Shown here: positions 7,836 through 13,746 of the stretch, one piece after another
Layout: every line of letters begins with the position of its first letter
Numbering within the stretch: the first letter of the stretch is position 1
Source: Candidatus Pacearchaeota archaeon
Lineage (GTDB): Archaea; Nanobdellota; Nanobdellia; Pacearchaeales; GW2011-AR1
Reading direction: 5' to 3'
Assembly: GCA_002689985.1 (NCBI GenBank)
Contig: NZDC01000026.1
Location: 1 to 14,019, forward strand
DNA length: 14,019 nucleotides
Position numbers and translations under genes: made by a program
Notes under the pieces: generated by a model
Seen by the model: the letters and a program-made list of their open reading frames with translations, nothing else
Told to the model about the DNA's origin: nothing
Database searches by the model: none

Positions 7836-8540
7836 ATGGATTTAGACGTAGGAGAAATTGTTTTATGCACTGTTGATAGAATAGTTGGAACTGTAGTTTT
7901 TGTAAGAATAGAAGGACATGGAGAAGGAAGTATTATTTTAAGTGAAATTGCTCCTGGAAGAATAAGGAATTTAAGGGAATATGTAATTCCTAAGAAAAAA
8001 ATAGTTTGTAAAGTATTAAGAATTTCAGGAGATCGTATTGATTTATCTTTAAGAAGAGTTACAAAAAAAGAGAAAAAAGAATTAATTGAGCAATTTAAAC
8101 AAGAAAAAAGTTATATTAGCGTTCTAAAAAGTATTCTTGGAAAGGAAGTGGATAAAGTAATTGAAGAAATTACCAAAGAAGATAAAATATATGATTTTTT
8201 AGAAGAAGCAAAAGAAAACCCAAAAAAATTAGAGAAAATAGTTGGAAAAACTAACACTAAAAAAATATTAGATATCTTAAAAAAACAAAAACAAAAAAAA
8301 GCAATAGTAAAAAAACAAATTCACTTAACAACAACTAAATCAAATGGATTAGAATTAATAAAAGATGTTTTGGGAATAATAAAAGAAGCAGAAATAAAAT
8401 ATATTTCTGCAGGACAATATTCTATAAAAACAGAATCTAATGATTTAAAATCAGCAGATAATATATTAAAAGAAATATTATCAAAAATTGAAAAAGAAAC
8501 AAAACAAAAAGGAATCGAATTTAGTATTGATGAGAAATAA
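7836..8540 (+). CDS. eif2a: Translation initiation factor aIF2, alpha subunit
   Basis: 234 aa. The N-terminal S1/OB domain is GEIVLCTVDRIVGTVVFVRIEGHGEGSIILSEIAPGRIRNLREYV..KKIVCKVLRISGDRIDLSLRRV. A helical middle domain follows, then a C-terminal alpha-beta domain with IKYISAGQYSIKTESNDLKSAD (compare I.Y.GAP.Y.I...A.D.K.AE). It is somewhat shorter than typical aIF2-alpha. Confidence 0.8.
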   Translation: MDLDVGEIVLCTVDRIVGTVVFVRIEGHGEGSIILSEIAPGRIRNLREYVIPKKKIVCKVLRISGDRIDLSLRRVTKKEKKELIEQFKQEKSYISVLKSILGKEVDKVIEEITKEDKIYDFLEEAKENPKKLEKIVGKTNTKKILDILKKQKQKKAIVKKQIHLTTTKSNGLELIKDVLGIIKEAEIKYISAGQYSIKTESNDLKSADNILKEILSKIEKETKQKGIEFSIDEK

Positions 8541-8581
8541 AAATAAACTTAGTTTTAAAGTTATAAAAAGTAAACAAAAGC

Positions 8582-8589
8582 TTAAATAA
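8582..8589 (+). promoter_or_regulatory. Candidate TATA box for the Nudix-like/nop10 pair
   Basis: TTAAATAA centred about 25 nt upstream of the ATG at 8610. Confidence 0.35.
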
Positions 8590-8609
8590 CCTTAAAAAAT
8601 CCTCTAATT

Positions 8610-9029
8610 ATGGAAAACAATCAAAATAAGAACTTCAGTATTATACTTCTTGGAATAATATTTGATCCAAGCACAAGAAAAATTTTAATTGGAAAAAGAA
8701 AAAATGATTTACATGTTCCAAGTTTAAACTGGGGTTTTATTGGAGGAATTTATGAAATTGGTGAAGAGGGAGTAGATAAAACATTAAAAAGAAAAATAAA
8801 AGAAAGCACCGGATTTGATGTAAAAAACTTGGGAACAGTATTTTCAAATAATGATGCTGTAAAAAAAGATTTTTTTAAAGTTTATTTTTTATGTGAAAAA
8901 TTTAATGGAGAAGAGAACGTTGGAGGAGATTTTGAAGAATTAAAATGGGTATCTCCTGATGAAGTTGAAAAATATTTCTCAACAAAATTTAATACACGTC
9001 TAAAAGAGTATATTATTAACTTAAAGTGA
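8610..9029 (+). CDS. Nudix-fold protein with a degenerate Nudix box
   Basis: 139 aa, with MutT-like length and layout. The box region GGIYEIGEEGVDKTLKRKIKESTGF aligns to GX5EX7REUXEEXGU. The REUXEE core reads KRKIKE, or RKIKES if a 1-residue shift is allowed. Confidence 0.65.
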   Translation: MENNQNKNFSIILLGIIFDPSTRKILIGKRKNDLHVPSLNWGFIGGIYEIGEEGVDKTLKRKIKESTGFDVKNLGTVFSNNDAVKKDFFKVYFLCEKFNGEENVGGDFEELKWVSPDEVEKYFSTKFNTRLKEYIINLK

Positions 9030-9148
9030 AATTAAAAAAATGTAAAACATGTGAAAATTATACTTTAAAAAATATTTGTTCTAAATGTAAAAATAAGACA
9101 TTTGATGCACATTATAAATTTATTAAAATAAAAGAAATATCAAAATAA
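9026..9148 (+). CDS. nop10: Nop10-like zinc-ribbon protein (H/ACA RNP component), short form. Not in the supplied ORF track.
   Basis: The GTG start at 9026 overlaps the upstream TGA (GTGA). An in-frame TAA at 9017 rules out any earlier start. The 40-aa product is VKLKKCKTCENYTLKNICSKCKNKTFDAHYKFIKIKEISK. It matches the archaeal Nop10 pattern KKC..C..YTLK..C..C..KT..AH..(R/K)F. It sits in the conserved archaeal aIF2-alpha/nop10 neighbourhood. Confidence 0.72.
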   Translation: MKLKKCKTCENYTLKNICSKCKNKTFDAHYKFIKIKEISK

Positions 9149-10363
9149 TATCTTTTGTTTTTCTTGTTTTCCAATAATTGCTTTTCCATATTCTCCATCA
9201 AAACCAGGAATTATATTTATCTTTCCTTCTCTATTTCTTAAAATCAACTCAATTAATTTTTCATTAACTTCTTTTTTTAAAAAATCTTCTTTTGAAATAT
9301 TTAATAATATATTCAACTCATTTTCAAATTTCTCAATTAAAGAATTATATAAATTCCACACTTTTTTACTATTCATATTAACCTCTAAAAAAAGAGATAT
9401 TATTTCATGTAATGGTAAAAGAGTATAATATGGCTTTTTTATTTTATGATCACTTCTTGAATTTGATAAACTATCAACTCTGTATTCAACACCAATAGTT
9501 AAATTTTTCCCACACTTTGGACAAATTCTATTTAATTCTTTAGTTTTTTCCGGTTCACAAGAAAAATCACAATTTCTATGCCCATCCCAATGATATTTAC
9601 CATAAGATGGACTGGTTTCAATTGTTTCAATAAAATCATTTTTTCTTATCTGTTTTATTATTTCAAGATATGAATCACATTTTTTAAAAATAGTTGCTTC
9701 ACGTCCTAATCTAAAAGGCCAAAAACTATGTGCATCTGAAAAACTAACAATTGCTTTATTTTCAAGTTCTTTTATTTTCCAATTCATTTTAGGATCAGAA
9801 GACATTCCAGTTTCTATTGCATGAACATTTTCAAATTCATCTTTAAAACACTCTTTTAAGCTATCAAACCCAGACATACTCCCAAAAATTCCAAACCAAG
9901 GAGTCCATGCATGTGCCGGAATAATTTCAATATCTTTTGAAATTTTCATCATCTCTTTTACAAATTCATCTCCAGGAATTTTAAAAATAGGTCTTCCATC
10001 ATAATCTCTTCTTCCTTTAGTATCAAAATAAGAATTTATTTTTTCTGCAATTTCAATACTAGGAACTAATAAAACTAAATGAATCCTTCTCCCTCTTTCT
10101 TGAGTATATATTAGTGAAATCTCTCCAGATATGATAAAGGGAAAATCTTCATAATAATAAAATCCTTTCCCATTGTTCTTTAGTTTTTTAATTTCTTCAA
10201 ACCAAATAGGATGAGTAAAATCGCCAGTTCCAAGTAAATCAAGACCTTTTATTTTAGCCCATTTAACTAAATTAGGAAAGTTAATATTCTTACTACAAGC
10301 TCTTGAAAATCTAGAATGAATATGTAAATCTGCAATTATTCTATTTTTATCTACCATAAACAT
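9140..10363 (-). CDS. endoQ: Endonuclease Q-like PHP-domain nuclease with a zinc finger
   Basis: 407 aa. PHP metal-ligand motifs are DLHIHSRFS, PAHAWTPWFG and FSDAHS. A Cys/His zinc module follows: KYHWDGHRNCDFSC...CPKCGKNLTIGVEYRV. The size and architecture match EndoQ as first described in Pyrococcus furiosus. Confidence 0.7.
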   Translation of the reverse strand: MFMVDKNRIIADLHIHSRFSRACSKNINFPNLVKWAKIKGLDLLGTGDFTHPIWFEEIKKLKNNGKGFYYYEDFPFIISGEISLIYTQERGRRIHLVLLVPSIEIAEKINSYFDTKGRRDYDGRPIFKIPGDEFVKEMMKISKDIEIIPAHAWTPWFGIFGSMSGFDSLKECFKDEFENVHAIETGMSSDPKMNWKIKELENKAIVSFSDAHSFWPFRLGREATIFKKCDSYLEIIKQIRKNDFIETIETSPSYGKYHWDGHRNCDFSCEPEKTKELNRICPKCGKNLTIGVEYRVDSLSNSRSDHKIKKPYYTLLPLHEIISLFLEVNMNSKKVWNLYNSLIEKFENELNILLNISKEDFLKKEVNEKLIELILRNREGKINIIPGFDGEYGKAIIGKQEKQKILF

Positions 10364-10379
10364 TTAGAAATAAAGAAGG

Positions 10380-10386
10380 TTATAAA
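10380..10386 (-). promoter_or_regulatory. Candidate TATA box for the EndoQ-like gene
   Basis: The minus strand reads CCTTTATAACC, 20-26 nt upstream of the two candidate ATGs (10363 and 10357). Confidence 0.35.
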
Positions 10387-10402
10387 GGTTTATTGTTTTA
10401 AG

Positions 10403-10594
10403 TTAATATCCAAATAACTTTTTTCTTTTTTCCTTAGCCATTACTAAACCAATTACTACTAAAACAACAATTATTAAAATCCATAACCAAGCTTTACTTG
10501 TCTTTTCTTTTATTCCTTCTACTACTTTTCCACCAGTATCTTTAATTGTTTCTCCAATACTCTTTTCTTCCTCTTCTTCAACAACTGGTTCCAC
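10403..10594 (-). CDS. Small tail-anchored membrane protein (acidic N-terminus, one C-terminal TM helix, basic tail). The start is uncertain.
   Basis: 63 aa from a GTG start. The sequence is EPVVEEEEEKSIGETIKDTGGKVVEGIKEK, followed by WLWILIIVVLVVIGLVMA and KEKRKKLFGY. The same frame stays open a further 69 codons upstream without any ATG, GTG or TTG (see findings). Confidence 0.35.
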   Translation of the reverse strand: MEPVVEEEEEKSIGETIKDTGGKVVEGIKEKTSKAWLWILIIVVLVVIGLVMAKEKRKKLFGY

Positions 10595-10703
10595 AACTTT
10601 TTCTTTTCCTGAAATTGCAAAATAACTAAAAGAAGTTACTCCAGCATCATAAGTATAATAAGTATCATCTTCACCCTTTTGAACATTTGAGATAAGAAGT
10701 AAG

Positions 10704-10713
10704 TATTTATAAA
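10704..10713. promoter_or_regulatory. Strong palindromic TATA-like element (TATTTATAAA) of unassigned orientation
   Basis: The minus-strand reading AAAGA-TTTATAAATA has a BRE-like purine tract. A minus-strand start would lie about 85-90 nt upstream of the GTG at 10594. The plus-strand reading would give ndk a leader of about 45 nt, but ndk has its own better-spaced TATA box. Confidence 0.3.
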
Positions 10714-10752
10714 TCTTTTGAGGAAGAAAAGATAAACATAATTTAGATAATC

Positions 10753-10760
10753 TTTTAAAT
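10753..10760 (+). promoter_or_regulatory. Candidate TATA box for ndk
   Basis: TTTTAAAT centred about 25 nt upstream of the ATG at 10781. Confidence 0.4.
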
Positions 10761-10780
10761 GGAAATGTAAAAGTAATAAT

Positions 10781-11230
10781 ATGAATGAAAAGACACTGGT
10801 TTTAATTAAACCAGATGCTATGATAAAACGTTTAGCAGGAAATATAATTTCTGAACTATATAATCTAGATCTAAAAATGGTTGGATTGAAATTAGTAAAT
10901 GTCAAAAAAGAACTAGCTGAAAAACATTATGAGGAGCACAAAGAAAAGCCATTTTTTCAAGAACTAATAGAACATATTACTGGAAAACTTCATGAAAACG
11001 AAAATGTTATTGCAATAGTTTATTCTGGTGAGAATGCGATTTCAAAAGTTAGAGAACTTGTTGGAAAAACAAATCCAGATGAATCTATTCCCCATACTCT
11101 AAGAGGAAAATACGGCAAAATTCATTCAAAAACAAACTGCCATGAAACAGTAATTCATGCATCTGATTCACAAGACAATGCAAAAAAAGAGATTGATTTA
11201 TGGTTTAAAAAAGATGAATTAGTTGAATAA
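10781..11230 (+). CDS. ndk: Nucleoside diphosphate kinase
   Basis: 149 aa. Motifs: TLVLIKPDA, HYEEHKEKPFF, GKTNP...TLRGKYG, and the catalytic His in ETVIHASDS. There are small insertions relative to canonical Ndk (KLHENEN, SKTNCHE). Confidence 0.9.
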   Translation: MNEKTLVLIKPDAMIKRLAGNIISELYNLDLKMVGLKLVNVKKELAEKHYEEHKEKPFFQELIEHITGKLHENENVIAIVYSGENAISKVRELVGKTNPDESIPHTLRGKYGKIHSKTNCHETVIHASDSQDNAKKEIDLWFKKDELVE

Positions 11231-11231
11231 A

Positions 11232-12206
11232 TTATTCTTCATCAACTATCCCTTTATCGGTTACAAAAAATATACACTCATTATCAGGTAAATTAGGAGA
11301 GTCTATCAATTTTCCAACTCTAGATCCTTTTTTACCTCTCCTTAGATACATTCTATATGTAGAAAAATGTCCTAAAATATTACCTCCAATAGGGGTTGTT
11401 GGGTCTCCAAACATTTGTGCAGGATTAGCCATCACTTGATTAGTTACATAAATTGCTAAGTTATGTTGTTCTGCAAGTCTCATTAAATTATGTAAATATT
11501 TATTTAGTTTTTGTTGTCTATCTGCTAATTGGCCTCTTCCAGCAAATTCAGCTCTAAAATGTGTTGTAAGTGAATCAACAATTATTAATTTAATTGGTTC
11601 TCCATTTTTAATCATTTCTGAAATTTTTTCTAAAAGTAAAATTTGATGATCACTATTTAGTGCACGAGCAACAAAAATATTTTTTAAAACATTTTCAGGA
11701 TCTAATCCCAATCCTTCTGAAATTTGTTTTATTCTAGCTGGTCTAAATGTTCCTTCTGTATCAATAAAAACACTTTTTCCATCAATTCCTCCTTGTTCTA
11801 AAGGCAATTGAGTATTGATTGCTAAAGTTAAACCTAATTGAGTCTTTGAAGACCCAAAAGCACCAAATGCCTCTGTTACAGCTTTACTTTCAATACCTCT
11901 TCCACCCAGAAGTTCATTCATATTTTTACTTCCTGTTGTAATATAAAAAATATTAGACCTTTTTTTTGCATACTCTATTCCATCTTGAAAGCCTAAATCA
12001 AGTAAATCTCTTGCTGCTTGAATTGCTTTTCTTGCAACAGCAGGGCTAACTCCTGCAGCATCACCTAATTCTGTAGGGCCCATAACAGCTAAAGACATCA
12101 TATCATAAACTCCTGCAGATTCTAATTTAGTTGCAACAGCAGGACCAATACCTGGAAGATCAGTTAATGTTGATTCTTTCTCTTTTTTTTCTTTTTTAGA
12201 AGCCAT
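11232..12206 (-). CDS. radA: DNA repair and recombination protein RadA
   Basis: 324 aa. N-terminal HhH domain (LTDLPGIGPAVATKLESAGV), Walker A region TEAFGAFGSSKTQL, Walker B LIIVDSLT, and the L1/L2 regions HFRAEFAGRGQLADRQQKL and VTNQV...FGDPTTPIGGNILGH. It aligns end to end with characterised RadA proteins. Confidence 0.95.
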   Translation of the reverse strand: MASKKEKKEKESTLTDLPGIGPAVATKLESAGVYDMMSLAVMGPTELGDAAGVSPAVARKAIQAARDLLDLGFQDGIEYAKKRSNIFYITTGSKNMNELLGGRGIESKAVTEAFGAFGSSKTQLGLTLAINTQLPLEQGGIDGKSVFIDTEGTFRPARIKQISEGLGLDPENVLKNIFVARALNSDHQILLLEKISEMIKNGEPIKLIIVDSLTTHFRAEFAGRGQLADRQQKLNKYLHNLMRLAEQHNLAIYVTNQVMANPAQMFGDPTTPIGGNILGHFSTYRMYLRRGKKGSRVGKLIDSPNLPDNECIFFVTDKGIVDEE

Positions 12207-12226
12207 AAAAATTCAAAAAGATTATT

Positions 12227-12236
12227 CTTTATAAAG
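12227..12236 (-). promoter_or_regulatory. Candidate TATA box for radA
   Basis: Palindromic CTTTATAAAG centred about 25 nt upstream of the ATG at 12206. Confidence 0.4.
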
Positions 12237-12259
12237 ATTGTTTTAGTTTTAAATATATA

Positions 12260-12718
12260 TTAAAAAATAGGAAATTTACGAATTAATAACCCCAAATCTG
12301 CAATTAAAAAGACAATAAAGATAATAGTTTCAGATATTCCTCCTGTTTTTATTATTCCTGAAAACTTCTTTTTACTAAATGGGGAAAATAAACTAACTCC
12401 ACTAATAGTTAAAGAATCTGCAATGAGATGAGATCCAAAACCCACAAAAAATCCAAATGAAACTTCTTTAAAAAATAACCATAAAACAATTGTTAAAAAG
12501 ATTAAAAAAATAAGGCTATGAATAATCCCTCTATGTTTTGAAATCCATTGTATTGGCCTGAAAATAAGGTATTTTCCAATCTTAGATTTTTTTGTATCAA
12601 TATCTGGAATATATGTTGCAAGTAATGCAACTGCAATAAATATAATTTTATCATTTACAAAAGGAAGAAGTAATAAAATAAAAAAAAGAGTAATTATTAA
12701 ATGAGTTCTTATTAACAT
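12260..12718 (-). CDS. YdjM/DUF457-family membrane-bound putative metal-dependent hydrolase
   Basis: 152 aa and polytopic. Motifs parallel E. coli YdjM: an N-terminal His (RTHLI), IPDIDTKKS (compare LPDIDHPKS), KHRGIIHSL (compare GHRGFTHSL) and GFGSHLIADSLTISGVSLFSP (compare GYLSHILADMLTPAGVPLLWP). Its start lies 1 nt after the RPA stop. Confidence 0.85.
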   Translation of the reverse strand: MLIRTHLIITLFFILLLLPFVNDKIIFIAVALLATYIPDIDTKKSKIGKYLIFRPIQWISKHRGIIHSLIFLIFLTIVLWLFFKEVSFGFFVGFGSHLIADSLTISGVSLFSPFSKKKFSGIIKTGGISETIIFIVFLIADLGLLIRKFPIF

Positions 12719-12719
12719 T

Positions 12720-13661
12720 TCACTTACTCTCTAACTTCTCAACTAATTCATCAATATTAACATCTTTTACTCCATCAATAATAAATTCTTGATTATTAAA
12801 AAATTTATTCATTCTAACGTTTCCAGAAAAAATCATTTCCCTACCTAAAAGATTTTCTTTTTGTTGAGTTAACATTTCTTGGTTTTCTAATTCAGTAATT
12901 CCAATACTTGGAAGAAAATCATGAAATACTACTGAACGGATAGTTTCACTTCCATCATCCAAAACTAAATTTAGTAAAGCTCTCTTTTCCTGAACAACTT
13001 TACCATGTTCTAAACAAATAAAATCAACTCCTTCCTGATTTACTTTTTTCTTGCAATTAGGACAAACATTAAAAAATCTTGGCGCATGTGTTTGAACAAT
13101 AAAAGCTCTTACACTTGAATTATCAGATAATTTAAAATCAGCTATTTTCTTTTCTTTTACAATTTTTTCTGTTTTAATATTTTCTAAAACTTCATTACTA
13201 AGTTTTAATTCAGAAAAACTTCCTAAATGTATTTCATTATCTCTCATACTTGCATTCATTATTTCAATTACCTTGCCATTAGTAATTTCATTTTTTTCGA
13301 TTAATTCTATATGGTTAGTATCCCATAAAACTGCTTTAATATTTGAAGTATCATCTGCAATAGTTATATTTACAACTTTTCCTTCTTTATCATTCCGTAC
13401 AAATGTTCTTACAGGAGATAAATTAATAACTTTTCCAATAACATTAATTTTTCTCATTCCAGGCAATAGTTCATCTATTTTTAACTTTTCATTATCAAAA
13501 GAAATTCCTTGTTCTGCAGCAATAATTTGTGCAGCACCTTCCTTACTAATTAGTCCTGAAAGTTTTGCTTGTTTTGCCTCTATTTGTCTTTCTATTTCCT
13601 CTTTTGATAATTCAGATTTTTGAGAAATCTTATCTATTATCTTATCATAATTTCCATTCAT
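12720..13661 (-). CDS. rpa: Replication protein A-type ssDNA-binding protein (two OB folds, the second with a zinc finger)
   Basis: 313 aa. The N-terminal helical module ...LSGLISKEGAAQIIAAEQGI is common in archaeal RPAs. OB fold 1 covers KINVIGKVINLSPVRTF..KVVNITIADDTSNIKAVLWD. OB fold 2 has an inserted zinc finger, CPNCKKKVNQEGVDFICLEH. Confidence 0.75.
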   Translation of the reverse strand: MNGNYDKIIDKISQKSELSKEEIERQIEAKQAKLSGLISKEGAAQIIAAEQGISFDNEKLKIDELLPGMRKINVIGKVINLSPVRTFVRNDKEGKVVNITIADDTSNIKAVLWDTNHIELIEKNEITNGKVIEIMNASMRDNEIHLGSFSELKLSNEVLENIKTEKIVKEKKIADFKLSDNSSVRAFIVQTHAPRFFNVCPNCKKKVNQEGVDFICLEHGKVVQEKRALLNLVLDDGSETIRSVVFHDFLPSIGITELENQEMLTQQKENLLGREMIFSGNVRMNKFFNNQEFIIDGVKDVNIDELVEKLESK

Positions 13662-13718
13662 TTACTAAATAAAAATCCTTTACTTTTAAGTATTTTGATA
13701 CAAAAAACATAAGAAAAC

Positions 13719-13725
13719 TTATAAA
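13719..13725 (+). promoter_or_regulatory. Candidate BRE/TATA promoter for aEF-1beta
   Basis: AGAAAA-CTTATAAAC with the TATA centre about 25 nt upstream of the ATG at 13747. Confidence 0.4.
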
Positions 13726-13746
13726 CTCTTTCAATTAAAATAAGGT

